Assembly: GCA_938017575.1 (NCBI GenBank)
Contig: CALIJC010000009.1
Location: 1 to 62,989, forward strand
Length of the DNA: 62,989 nucleotides
Source of the DNA: an uncultured Patescibacteria group bacterium
Lineage (GTDB): Bacteria; Patescibacteriota; JACMRA01
Direction: 5' to 3'
Positions 17,763 through 27,063 of this stretch are shown here, one piece after another. The notes beneath the pieces were generated by a model. It searched no databases. It saw only the letters and a program-made list of their open reading frames with translations, and was not told the DNA's origin. Made by a program: the position numbers and the translations under genes. The stretch's first letter is position 1; the number at the start of each line of letters is the position of its first letter.

Positions 17763-17820
17763 CGTAAAATAAAATACTTTGAATTAATAAAATCGTACTT
17801 TATACTCGCGAAAAAAGGAA

Positions 17821-18036
17821 ATGATACTCTGTCCAAGTCAGTTTCCTGAAATCAATCAAACTCTTTTTGGTGCTGCAACTGTTGTGATAAATATTTATAA
17901 TAAAGTTGATGCGTATCCAGTCACTGGAAATAACCCAGAAGCTAAGTATTTTAAAATTATGGAACCTACAATTGGTGAGTTATTGATTGATTACAACGAT
18001 GATAGGATAATTTCTGTTTATGCTCTTCCAATTTAA
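17821..18036 (+). CDS. Small hypothetical protein
   Basis: 71 aa, ATG preceded by aaaggaa. No recognisable motif. Confidence 0.3.
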   Translation: MILCPSQFPEINQTLFGAATVVINIYNKVDAYPVTGNNPEAKYFKIMEPTIGELLIDYNDDRIISVYALPI

Positions 18037-18115
18037 TAATGCTTGGGTAATTCGGGTCAGATTTTCTCTGGCCTGCTTCTTTGACTAAAAATTGGATTTA
18101 TATCATGGATATAAA

Positions 18116-19600
18116 ATGGAAAAATTTTCTTCTACAAATTTATCAAAAGCCTCCAAACAATTATGGGAGTTTCTTTTGCCAAGTCTAAAATATTTAGAAG
18201 CTGCTGATTTGGCCAAAGTTGAATTGGCATTTTTGCAGATGGTCGAATCTCATAAAGATCAACGTAGAAAAAGTGGAGAATTCTACATAATTCATCCAGT
18301 TCATGCCTGTCAGACGCTAGCCAATATGCAAATGGATAGTGATACGCTTTCTGCCTGTTTAATGCATGATGTTCCAGAAGACACAGAAACAAGCCTGAAA
18401 GATTTGGAAGAAAATTTTAACCGCGAGATTGTTTTTTTGATCTCTGGAATTACCAAACTAGGCAAACTAAAATACAAAGGTGAGGATAGATATGCGGAAA
18501 ATCTACGGAAAATGTTTGTAGCTATGAGTCGAGATCTCAGAGTTATTTTCATAAAACTAGCTGATAGACTGCATAATTTACAGACCCTGGGTCACTTACC
18601 CGCTCATAAAGCTCATCGAATAGCCCTAGAAAGTCTAGAGATTTATGCACCAATTGCTCACAGGCTAGGAATTAACTATTTCAAAGGGGAGATCGAAGAT
18701 GCAGCTTTTCCTTACGTCTACCCAGATGAATACAAGCAGTTTAAATCTATTTCCGAGGTTGAAATTAATAAAAGGAGAAAGCAAGTTGAAAAAATAATTA
18801 AAAGAGTTCATAAAATCTTGACCGAAGAATCAATAGAAAATTTTCGTGTAAAAGGTAGAGCCAAAAGATATTATTCACTGTATCAAAAGTTAAATTCCCA
18901 GAATATTAAAATTAACCAGGTCTATGATTTGGTTGCTGCCAGGATTATTACCAGCAGTGTTGATGAGTGTTATCATGTACTTTCACTAATTCACAAGCAT
19001 TTCACCCCAATTGATAAAAGGCTAAAAGACTATATCCAAAAACCTAAACAAAATGGTTATCAAAGTATTCATACCAGTGTTAAAGATAATCAAAGTGGTG
19101 TAGTTTTTGAGGTTCAAATTAGAACTGATCAGATGGATGAGCAAGCTGAATTTGGAGTCGCCTCGCATTGGTCGTACAAAAATAAAAATAAAAGTAGTTT
19201 TGCCGACCCCAATAATCTCAAATGGATTAGTGAGCTTGTTTCACTTTCTCGCCAGGAAATTTCCAGTGAGGACTACCTAAAACATGTTAGGCTAGATTTG
19301 TTTCAAGATAGGATTTTTGTAATGACACCCAAAGGTGATGTAATTGATCTGCCAGCTGGGGCTACTCCAATTGATTTTGCCTACAGGATTCACCAACAAA
19401 TCGGTAATAAAGCTGTGAGAGCTTTTGTGGGAGGTCAGCCGATTAAATTAACAGATGAATTAAAAAACGGTGACCAAGTTGAAATCCAAACTGACAAAAA
19501 TCAATCGCCCAAACCAGATTGGCTGCGGGTGGTTAAAACTCACCAGGCTACCAGTCAAATCAGAAATAATTTGCGAAAACAAGGAATAAAATTAATATAA
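18116..19600 (+). CDS. RelA/SpoT homologue, (p)ppGpp synthetase/hydrolase (HD + synthetase + TGS only)
   Basis: HD motif MHDVPEDT, synthetase region RAKRYYSLYQKL...YQSIHT, TGS region VMTPKGDVIDLPAGATPIDFAYRIH. The protein ends right after TGS. I prefer the ATG at 18116 (MEKFSS). Confidence 0.9.
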   Translation: MEKFSSTNLSKASKQLWEFLLPSLKYLEAADLAKVELAFLQMVESHKDQRRKSGEFYIIHPVHACQTLANMQMDSDTLSACLMHDVPEDTETSLKDLEENFNREIVFLISGITKLGKLKYKGEDRYAENLRKMFVAMSRDLRVIFIKLADRLHNLQTLGHLPAHKAHRIALESLEIYAPIAHRLGINYFKGEIEDAAFPYVYPDEYKQFKSISEVEINKRRKQVEKIIKRVHKILTEESIENFRVKGRAKRYYSLYQKLNSQNIKINQVYDLVAARIITSSVDECYHVLSLIHKHFTPIDKRLKDYIQKPKQNGYQSIHTSVKDNQSGVVFEVQIRTDQMDEQAEFGVASHWSYKNKNKSSFADPNNLKWISELVSLSRQEISSEDYLKHVRLDLFQDRIFVMTPKGDVIDLPAGATPIDFAYRIHQQIGNKAVRAFVGGQPIKLTDELKNGDQVEIQTDKNQSPKPDWLRVVKTHQATSQIRNNLRKQGIKLI

Positions 19601-19626
19601 AAAAGCCCCCTGCAAAAAAACAGGGG
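19598..19626. terminator. Hairpin between convergent rel and pgi, with a T-tract only on the minus strand
   Basis: cccctg (19607-19612) pairs with cagggg (19621-19626). The minus strand reads cccctgtttttttgcagggggctttttt. Confidence 0.6.
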
Positions 19627-19769
19627 AGAGATGTTGGAGAAAACCTACGTATTGAAAGTATAGATACGTAGAATTGTAATCAGGCAGTTAATCCAAGCGA
19701 AAATGAAGCGAAAGAATATACCGACCTTCTAAAGAATAATATTCCATATTTTTTAGGTTTTGTCAAGTA

Positions 19770-21047
19770 TTAACTCAAAATCTCCTTGGTTAGAGTTTTA
19801 CTTCTCTCAACACCCGGCTGGTTAAATGCGTCAATATCATAGAATTCACCTAAGTATGCTGTGGCAATTTCAAAAATCATAAATAGGCCTCCAATATTCT
19901 TTTCGCTGATACCGTCTATTGTTAAACTACAATTTGCTTTGCCACTTTCAGTAAGAGATTGCTTCGAACCAGCCAACTCAGCTGCCAACAATTTTCCAAA
20001 ACTAACACCTGATAAATAGCTATTTTGCTCATCGTCAACCTGTGGAATACTTATATTCGACTCAAAATTCTCAACCTCTAAAAATATCAATAGCTTATCA
20101 AAAGGACCTTCTTTGAATAACTGCATTTGAGAGTGCTGATCTGTGACACCAATAGCAGGGTGTGGAGTTATCCCTGTGTTAACTACTTGGCCATTTCTAT
20201 CTATTTTCTTACCAATACTTTCAGAAAGTAGCTGGACATACCAATCACCAAATGTTTTCAATCGAGAAGTATACGGCATAATCACATTTATATTGTGACC
20301 CAACTTGGCCAAGGTGTACTGCGTTGCTGCCAGTAAAAAAGCTTTATCATTAGTGCCAGCTTGAGAGTCTTTAAATTCATCAGCTATTTCACTAGCACCT
20401 ATTAATAGCTTTTCTGTGTCTATACCCATGAACTCAGCGATTACCAAGCCGACATTTGATAGAACTGAGAATCTTCCTCCGACGTTTGATGGTATATCAA
20501 ATGCAGTGATTTGCTCTCTTTGACTTACTTCTCTGAGATATCCACTTTCTGGGTCAGTAATAAAAACAAAGTGGTTCTTTGGGTCGAGGTTTGCAGAAAC
20601 AGTTTTCTCTTTAAAAAACAAATACTGTGACATTGTCTCTGGAGTTCTACCAGATTTACTGATTACCAAAAATAGAGTTTTTTCCAGGTCGATATCTCTT
20701 GACCAGCTAGAAAGGTAATCAGGGTCAATGTTATCAAGAATTATAAACCTTTTAGATTTGTCTATTTTGTAGTTATAAAAACAATCTCTCAGGCATTTCG
20801 GTCCTAGACTAGACCCTCCAATCCCTAATAAAACTATATTTTCATATCTACTGCCGGTGGTTTCTACAAATCTTTTAACATCTTGTAGGTTTTCTCTATC
20901 AAAAGGTAACCCCAAAAAACCTAAATTCTGCCTATTCAAACTGTTTTTATATTCGCCGTATTTATCAATCAGTTGATTCATCTGATTAATATACTGAGGA
21001 TTACTCTCAAATATTTGTTGGGTGTTCTCATTATTAAAATTAATCAT
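19770..21047 (-). CDS. pgi: Glucose-6-phosphate isomerase
   Basis: LGIGGSSLGPK and GGRFSVLS motifs. 425 aa. Confidence 0.9.
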   Translation of the reverse strand: MINFNNENTQQIFESNPQYINQMNQLIDKYGEYKNSLNRQNLGFLGLPFDRENLQDVKRFVETTGSRYENIVLLGIGGSSLGPKCLRDCFYNYKIDKSKRFIILDNIDPDYLSSWSRDIDLEKTLFLVISKSGRTPETMSQYLFFKEKTVSANLDPKNHFVFITDPESGYLREVSQREQITAFDIPSNVGGRFSVLSNVGLVIAEFMGIDTEKLLIGASEIADEFKDSQAGTNDKAFLLAATQYTLAKLGHNINVIMPYTSRLKTFGDWYVQLLSESIGKKIDRNGQVVNTGITPHPAIGVTDQHSQMQLFKEGPFDKLLIFLEVENFESNISIPQVDDEQNSYLSGVSFGKLLAAELAGSKQSLTESGKANCSLTIDGISEKNIGGLFMIFEIATAYLGEFYDIDAFNQPGVERSKTLTKEILS

Positions 21048-21053
21048 GTAGAT

Positions 21054-21083
21054 TTAATACATCCTAAACAGTTGTTTGGTCAA
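21054..21083 (-). promoter_or_regulatory. Candidate promoter TTGACC-N18-TATTAA, -10 box 6 nt from the pgi ATG
   Basis: The reverse complement reads TTGACC aaacaactgtttaggatg TATTAA atctac ATG. Confidence 0.4.
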
Positions 21084-21273
21084 GAAAAAACAAGGCTTAG
21101 AAGTTGTTGTATTCTGTAATTTAGTCCCAACAAAGCAAGTTAGTTCAGACTTGTGTAATTATGATTCTATGTGATTACATCATTGCTGGGATAAGAAAAT
21201 TATAGTCTTTTGTTCATTCAGAGACTTGACAAAACAAGCAAAATCATTCACTTTATTATCGAAAGGACTTGCT

Positions 21274-21414
21274 ATGAAAAGAACGTACCAACCAAAGAAA
21301 AAACAGAGAATCAGGAAATGTGGATTTAGAGCTCGTAGCAAAAAATCACCTGATGTTCTTAAAAGAAGAAGAGCCAAAGGAAGAACAAGACTAGCTTTCG
21401 CAGTAAAGGTATAG
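21274..21414 (+). CDS. rpmH: 50S ribosomal protein L34
   Basis: MKRTYQPKKKQRIRKCGFRARS.. is the canonical L34 N-terminus. The track ORF begins upstream at 21226. Confidence 0.95.
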   Translation: MKRTYQPKKKQRIRKCGFRARSKKSPDVLKRRRAKGRTRLAFAVKV

Positions 21415-21427
21415 TTTTTATTGATAA

Positions 21428-21817
21428 TTGATTTGTGTGCTTGCTAAAAAAAATAGACTTGTAACAGATACAGAGATTAAAAAGGCTCTTAAAACTAAGT
21501 TTCAAAAGTTTGCAAAGTTTTATTCAGTTAAAATTTCGCCTAACGAAGAGCAACAATTTAAACTACTGGTTATAGTACCCAAAAAATCTATCAAAAAAGC
21601 CAATAAACGAAATCTTGTTAAACGTAGAATTGTTAGTATTTTTGAGGAACTCCAACATAAGAATCAATTACCGATAGGAGTTAATTTGATTATCCATATT
21701 AAATCCTCTGAAATTATTGATCTTGACTATATTGTGTTAAAAGATAATATTCTATCATCAGTTATTAATCTATATCAAAAATATCTTGATAAGAAGAATA
21801 ATCGACCAAAGCAATAA
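21428..21817 (+). CDS. rnpA: Ribonuclease P protein component
   Basis: Sits immediately downstream of rpmH. Basic protein with an RNR-like motif KKANKRNLVKRRI. The start (TTG 21428 or GTG 21437) is uncertain. Confidence 0.8.
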   Translation: MICVLAKKNRLVTDTEIKKALKTKFQKFAKFYSVKISPNEEQQFKLLVIVPKKSIKKANKRNLVKRRIVSIFEELQHKNQLPIGVNLIIHIKSSEIIDLDYIVLKDNILSSVINLYQKYLDKKNNRPKQ

Positions 21818-21820
21818 ATT

Positions 21821-21895
21821 GCCGAAGTAGCTCAGTGGTAGAGCAGTGGCCTGAAGAGCCTCGTGTCGACAGTTCAATTCTGTCCTTCGGCACCA
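21821..21895 (+). tRNA. tRNA-Phe (anticodon GAA), CCA encoded
   Basis: Manual cloverleaf: acceptor gccgaag/cttcggc, D arm gctc-agtggta-gagc, anticodon arm gtggc-ctGAAga-gcctc (one T-T mismatch), variable loop gtgtc, T arm gacag-ttcaatt-ctgtc, then ACCA. Confidence 0.95.
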
Positions 21896-22232
21896 CAACG
21901 TCTTAACAAATTTCATTAGTTCCGTTTTGCTTTAGCAAAACTTCACTTCTACATTTGTTACTCCTTCTCCCTAAAAATCAAATAGATTTCCAGGGTACCC
22001 AGGTAGATAAAGATGTTTAGAATTATCCAAAGTAGATAATTACCCAACATCTTCCTTAATTCATCCTTATCTTTATAAATAAAACTCGGTTCTTCACTCA
22101 GTGAAACCATTATTTAAAGAGGCTTCCAGGATTTATTTATGATTAGATGTAACTAGTTAGTTTTAATATATTTTTATTTTAATTGTCAGACCGTAAAAGG
22201 TAATTTTAATTTTTTTTAATTTAAATAACAAT

Positions 22233-24287
22233 ATGTTTAATAATAATAGTGGACAGAGTCGTAGCGGCTCTAGACCAAATACAAATAGAAATAGTTCAAA
22301 TAGTACTAATTCTAATAATCGAAATAATAACAGAAACAGAAATAATAATCGCAACAGATCTCGAAACAGAGGACCAAAAAAACCTTTTGATCCAACTGAG
22401 ATGAAAGCGAAAACAGTGCAAAGTGCGCACTATATGGTAAAAAGAGATGATGAAACAGTCAAAAAATCTTTGGCAGGTGCTTTGTCTAATCTTTCAGCCG
22501 TTAAAAGAATGAAAGAGACTAAATTACAAAAAGGTAATCTAGCAATCTCACATTTAAACCCAACATTAGCACATGGTTTAAAAATGCAAACCAACTCTCC
22601 ATTGAGTTTCCCAAGTGATAGCAAACCAGTTAGAATCATTCCAATTGGCGGTGTTAACGAAGTTGGAATGAATATGACGGCTTTAGAATGCGGTGATGAT
22701 ATTGTCATCGTTGATACAGGCTTTGGTTTTGGTGGAGGAGATAGATTCCCCGGTGTAGATTACATCATTCCTGATACTAGCTACTTGGAACGTAACCGAG
22801 AAAAAATCCGTGGTATTATATACACTCACGGTCACTTGGATCACATTGGTGGAGCTCCATATATTTTACCAAAACTGGGAGAAGTACCAATTTATGCAAT
22901 GCCATTGACTCTAGCTCTGCTTAAAAACAGACTGCAAGAATTTGAAATGCAAAATAAATTTGTTGGTAAAATAATCGAAGTAGATAAACCTTTGGTACTT
23001 GGTGCCTTCACATTTAATTTCTTTAGATTGAATCATTCAATTCCAGATGTTTTAGGACTTGGTATTGACACACCAATGGGTAGAATCATGTATTGTACTG
23101 ACTGGAAATTCGACAATACACCTTTCGATGGAATGCTTTCCGACTATGGAAAAATCGCTAAATTAGGTGATGGCGGAGTTAGATTACTACTAACTGACAG
23201 TCTTGGAATTATGAAACCTGGCTACGCAATTAGTGAGGCTGATATTCAAAAAACAATGTTTGGAATTTTCAAACAAGCTCAAGGTCGTGTAATTGTAACT
23301 ACATTCTCTACAACGATTGCCAGAATTCAACACACGATTAATAGCTGTGAGAAATTTAACAGGAAATTAGCTCTAATTGGTCGTTCAATGATAAACAATT
23401 TCAATGTTTGTACCCAGCTCGGCTACATCAAAGTACCACCAGGTTTGCTTATTGATATGAGAGATGCAGACAAGCTACCTCCTGAAAAAGTCTGTGTATT
23501 GTCTACTGGTTCGCAAGGTGAAGACAACGCTGCTTTGAGTAGAATGAGTAGGGATGAGCACCCAATGATTCGATTGCAAGGTGGAGATTCAGTTCTCTTC
23601 TCTAGCAAACCAATTCCTGGAAACGAGGATTCTGTACAAGACCTAATCGCTAAACTTTCTAGAAAAGGTGTTGAGGTATTTATGCATAAAGAATTCGATC
23701 TTCATGTTTCAGGCCATGCTTGTCACGAAGATTTGAAACTGCTATTCTCTTTGGCTAAACCAGAATATTTGATGCCGATTCATGGAGATCACTTCATGCT
23801 GCGTAAGGTATGTGAGTTAGGTGTTAAAATGGGAATCCCATGGGAGAAAAACCTGATTGTTGAAAACAACAGAATAATCGAACTAAGACATAATGGAATC
23901 GAAGTCACCGAAGAATTAGTAGGTGAAGGATTTATATTAGTAGATGGAACTGGAGTTGGGTCTGTTTCAGAAGTAGTTCTAGAAGAGCGAAGGCAAATGG
24001 CTACTCAAGGCTCATTAGTTCTAGTTTTGCTGGTAAACAGATCTAAAAAACTAGTAGGAGGTCCTGAAATTATCAGTAGAGGCTTTGTGTATATGAAATC
24101 GACTAGCGGATTATTTGATGAAATGAAAAAAGTCGTCCGCGATGAGTTTAATAAAATTGATTTAGATCCAAAATCAAAGACTTATTGGTCAGATTTACGG
24201 AATAAGCTACGAAACATTACTAGAGAGTTTGTCTACGACAAAACTGAGAAAGACCCAATCATTGTTCCTGTAGTGATTCAAGTCTAA
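22233..24287 (+). CDS. rnj: Ribonuclease J with Asn/Arg/Ser-rich N-terminal extension
   Basis: Metallo-beta-lactamase motif HGHLDHIGG and beta-CASP architecture. 684 aa. The first 60 or so aa are low-complexity N/R/S. Confidence 0.92.
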   Translation: MFNNNSGQSRSGSRPNTNRNSSNSTNSNNRNNNRNRNNNRNRSRNRGPKKPFDPTEMKAKTVQSAHYMVKRDDETVKKSLAGALSNLSAVKRMKETKLQKGNLAISHLNPTLAHGLKMQTNSPLSFPSDSKPVRIIPIGGVNEVGMNMTALECGDDIVIVDTGFGFGGGDRFPGVDYIIPDTSYLERNREKIRGIIYTHGHLDHIGGAPYILPKLGEVPIYAMPLTLALLKNRLQEFEMQNKFVGKIIEVDKPLVLGAFTFNFFRLNHSIPDVLGLGIDTPMGRIMYCTDWKFDNTPFDGMLSDYGKIAKLGDGGVRLLLTDSLGIMKPGYAISEADIQKTMFGIFKQAQGRVIVTTFSTTIARIQHTINSCEKFNRKLALIGRSMINNFNVCTQLGYIKVPPGLLIDMRDADKLPPEKVCVLSTGSQGEDNAALSRMSRDEHPMIRLQGGDSVLFSSKPIPGNEDSVQDLIAKLSRKGVEVFMHKEFDLHVSGHACHEDLKLLFSLAKPEYLMPIHGDHFMLRKVCELGVKMGIPWEKNLIVENNRIIELRHNGIEVTEELVGEGFILVDGTGVGSVSEVVLEERRQMATQGSLVLVLLVNRSKKLVGGPEIISRGFVYMKSTSGLFDEMKKVVRDEFNKIDLDPKSKTYWSDLRNKLRNITREFVYDKTEKDPIIVPVVIQV

Positions 24288-24305
24288 AAAAAAGTGTAAA
24301 ATATT

Positions 24306-24330
24306 AACCCCGAATTATCGGGGTTTTTTT
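24306..24330 (+). terminator. Rho-independent terminator of rnj
   Basis: aaccccg aattat cggggtt followed by ttttt. Confidence 0.8.
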
Positions 24331-24364
24331 GACGAAAAAATAATCATTAAATATTAATATTGAT

Positions 24365-24853
24365 ATGTTCAATCTGTATCTTCATATAAGTGCTTCAACA
24401 ACAGCGTTTCTTATAGGTATTATAGTATTCTTTTTTAAAATCCAAGGCACTAAAATTGAAAAACATTTATATAATATCCTCAAATTATCTCTTGTCATAA
24501 CTGCAGTAACTGGGGTGTTTCTAAATCTAGTTTATTTTAGCGCATTCCATGCACTCGCGATATTAACAATGGTAAATGTTCCAATATCAATTAAAGAACT
24601 TGCCAAAGGTAATCAATTAAAACATAACCAAAATTTATTTGAAAACTATCTTGGCCTCTTCATTGCTATGATTGGAACTACATTCCCTCTAAGGTTTATC
24701 GGGATTCGAATTTACAATGATCTATTAAACATTGAATACGATAATGCTGTTAAATATTTTTACATATCAATGATAATTGCAGTAATTCTATCAGCCATTC
24801 TATATATTCAGGGTAAAAAGAAAATTCTAGCATATAGTAAATACACAAAATAA
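24365..24853 (+). CDS. Integral membrane protein (hypothetical)
   Basis: 162 aa with 4-5 hydrophobic helices. Confidence 0.5.
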   Translation: MFNLYLHISASTTAFLIGIIVFFFKIQGTKIEKHLYNILKLSLVITAVTGVFLNLVYFSAFHALAILTMVNVPISIKELAKGNQLKHNQNLFENYLGLFIAMIGTTFPLRFIGIRIYNDLLNIEYDNAVKYFYISMIIAVILSAILYIQGKKKILAYSKYTK

Positions 24854-24856
24854 TCT

Positions 24857-25204
24857 TTATCTAAAAGTAGTTTGGTATTTTGCTTCTTCAAATCCGATTA
24901 ATAATTCATCATCAAATTCAATTATTGGTCGTTTGATAGATGTTGGGGTTTCGATCATAAAATCAATTGCAGAATCCATATCTACGACGGCCAATTTACG
25001 ATTTTCTTCCGATTTACGCCACATCATTCCTCGGCGGTTTAAAACAGTCTCCCAGCCTAATTTCTGGCACCATTTTGACAGGTGGGTTTTATCAATACCA
25101 AGTTTTTTGTAATCATGGAATTCATATTCGATATTATTTTCTGCTAGCCAATTTCTAGCTTTTTTTACAGTGTTGCAATTTGTTATTCCGTAAACTTTAG
25201 TCAT
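24857..25204 (-). CDS. ArsC/Spx-family protein, YffB-like
   Basis: VYGITNCNTVKKARNWLAENNIEYEFHDYKK...LNRRGMMWRK closely parallels E. coli YffB as I recall it. Confidence 0.8.
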   Translation of the reverse strand: MTKVYGITNCNTVKKARNWLAENNIEYEFHDYKKLGIDKTHLSKWCQKLGWETVLNRRGMMWRKSEENRKLAVVDMDSAIDFMIETPTSIKRPIIEFDDELLIGFEEAKYQTTFR

Positions 25205-25304
25205 ATTTTATTACTCATTAATTAGTATATTTTGGAAATTGACAAGTTCTTTTGACACAACTTTGATACTATGAAATTGTTATGGTGGTTGTTGAGGTAA
25301 TGAA

Positions 25305-26003
25305 ATGCTTACATCCACTGATTTACCACATGCAATAATATTTAATCAGGTTATTGAATCATTCACTAATACACAGTCAGTTGGAATTGATGTTTTTAAA
25401 AAGGTACGTGATAGTTCCGTAGAAATAATTTGCCAAAAATTAATTGAATGCATTGATCGAGGGTATGTATCTATACTGCCAATTCCATATGTTAAAAATT
25501 TATCCTATTGGGAAAACTTTGATAATCCAAATGGTGATTTTTATAGAAATCTAACCCCTAATATAAATCTAATTAATTTACTAAAAGATCTCTGTTGTTT
25601 AGATGACAGTGATCTGCTAAGTAATTATTATTTCGTTCAAGAAAATATACTATCATTTTCCACAGAAACCATACTCTGTCGCCAGAGAGCAGGAAAGGAA
25701 CAAATAAAGCTTGTTCTAACTATTCCAGCTTGTTTATGCGAGAATGATCCAGTATGGACGCAAGTCATCATGATAACCACAATATATTATATGTTATGGC
25801 ATGCATATGATATCTGGGGAGATGGTCTTGGTCTGTGTGATATGAAAATTGTAGATTTAAAGACAGATTTGTTCACAGGGTGGTTTGTTTTAAATCATGC
25901 TCCAGAAGTATTAAAATATTGCCATTATAAAAACTTGGCAGAAAAATTTACAAATAGTGGCAAAACAGTTGAATCACTATTGCAACACATTAAATTCATA
26001 TAG
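25305..26003 (+). CDS. Hypothetical protein, 232 aa, paralogue A
   Basis: SD gaggtaa. Shares motifs with the 26327..27025 product: W.Q...(I/V)T..Y(Y/F).(L/M)W.A(Y/F)..WG.G and L.D(L/I)FTG.FV. Confidence 0.6.
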   Translation: MLTSTDLPHAIIFNQVIESFTNTQSVGIDVFKKVRDSSVEIICQKLIECIDRGYVSILPIPYVKNLSYWENFDNPNGDFYRNLTPNINLINLLKDLCCLDDSDLLSNYYFVQENILSFSTETILCRQRAGKEQIKLVLTIPACLCENDPVWTQVIMITTIYYMLWHAYDIWGDGLGLCDMKIVDLKTDLFTGWFVLNHAPEVLKYCHYKNLAEKFTNSGKTVESLLQHIKFI

Positions 26004-26031
26004 ATTTATAGAAAAAAGCAAAATATCCGTT

Positions 26032-26057
26032 AGGGCCAAAGTCTGGCTCTATTTTTT
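26032..26057 (+). terminator. Terminator after paralogue A
   Basis: agggcca aagtc tggctct (one G-U pair) followed by atttttt. Confidence 0.5.
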
Positions 26058-26326
26058 AGTAATTTAAAACCGTAGCTGAGTTTATTTCTCAATTATATCT
26101 TTGAATGTGGATAGTGTAATGTCTTTGAAAGAAATTCTAAACGTTAAAAATAGAGGGTTTAGGTTATACCCATTTCTTTATTTTTGGCAGAAAATAAGTA
26201 CCAAATTTTGAAGTTTGCAGTGGTGAGCGAATCAATATTTCTTTGAAATTTAGTTAAAGAACATTTTGACAGTTTCTCAACAGTATGAAAATCTAAATAG
26301 AGACTTTCGAGGAAGGACGTGGCGTT

Positions 26327-27025
26327 ATGAAAAAAAATATCAGCCCACAAGTTAAGTTTCTATATGAGGCTATAATGTCTCTGTCTAGAGCTACTCATCC
26401 TGAGAATTGTTCTGCAGGGTTTGTGTTTCACGATGATTGGATTTTGAAAAAACTATTTAATAAATTCATTAACTTTTTCAAACAAGGTAAAATAAAAATA
26501 TTATTAATGCCCAAGGTTCCCAATATTAAATATTGGATTGAGGTGGAAGGGGAGATACCAGTTGATGGTGACTATTATAGAGAATTAGGTAAATCTAAAG
26601 ATATAATTAAGGTTTTAACAAAACTCGGGTTTTTAACACCTGATGACTATAATAACTCTGCTAAAATGAGTGATATGATTAGTGATTTCTGTTCAGATTT
26701 TATGAGTGGCCGGACTGCTAATGATCAGTTAATCCTATCAGTTCCTAATCGTATTCACCATGAAGAGTGTCTGTGGGTACAAACAAATCTAGTCACATCT
26801 GTCTATTTTATTATGTGGTCTGCTTTCTCAATGTGGGGATCAGGTCAGATGCTGGAAGAATCAGACGTGATGGCACTTACTGATATTTTCACGGGGCGAT
26901 TTGTTTGTTTATATGCAAAGGAATTAATGATATACGAGCATTATTATAGTCTGGTAACTGCTTTTCAAGAATATGGATCTTGTGATGATTATGTTTTAAT
27001 TCAAACCCTTATTGATAATTTATAA
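26327..27025 (+). CDS. Hypothetical protein, 232 aa, paralogue B
   Basis: SD gaggaagga. Same length and same C-terminal motifs as the 25305..26003 product. Confidence 0.6.
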   Translation: MKKNISPQVKFLYEAIMSLSRATHPENCSAGFVFHDDWILKKLFNKFINFFKQGKIKILLMPKVPNIKYWIEVEGEIPVDGDYYRELGKSKDIIKVLTKLGFLTPDDYNNSAKMSDMISDFCSDFMSGRTANDQLILSVPNRIHHEECLWVQTNLVTSVYFIMWSAFSMWGSGQMLEESDVMALTDIFTGRFVCLYAKELMIYEHYYSLVTAFQEYGSCDDYVLIQTLIDNL

Positions 27026-27063
27026 TTAGCATTTTGTTTGTAAATATTCCAATCAGTAGGGTT

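Noticed and set aside
21048-22232. Replication origin next to rpmH-rnpA
   Set aside because: rpmH-rnpA often neighbours dnaA/oriC, but no dnaA is present here. I found only isolated imperfect DnaA-box-like 9-mers (for example ttatccaaa near 22023), not a cluster.
22163-22354. Leu/Phe-rich ORF 22163..22354(-)
   Set aside because: It is the antisense reading of the Asn/Arg repeat at the 5' end of rnj, a compositional artefact.
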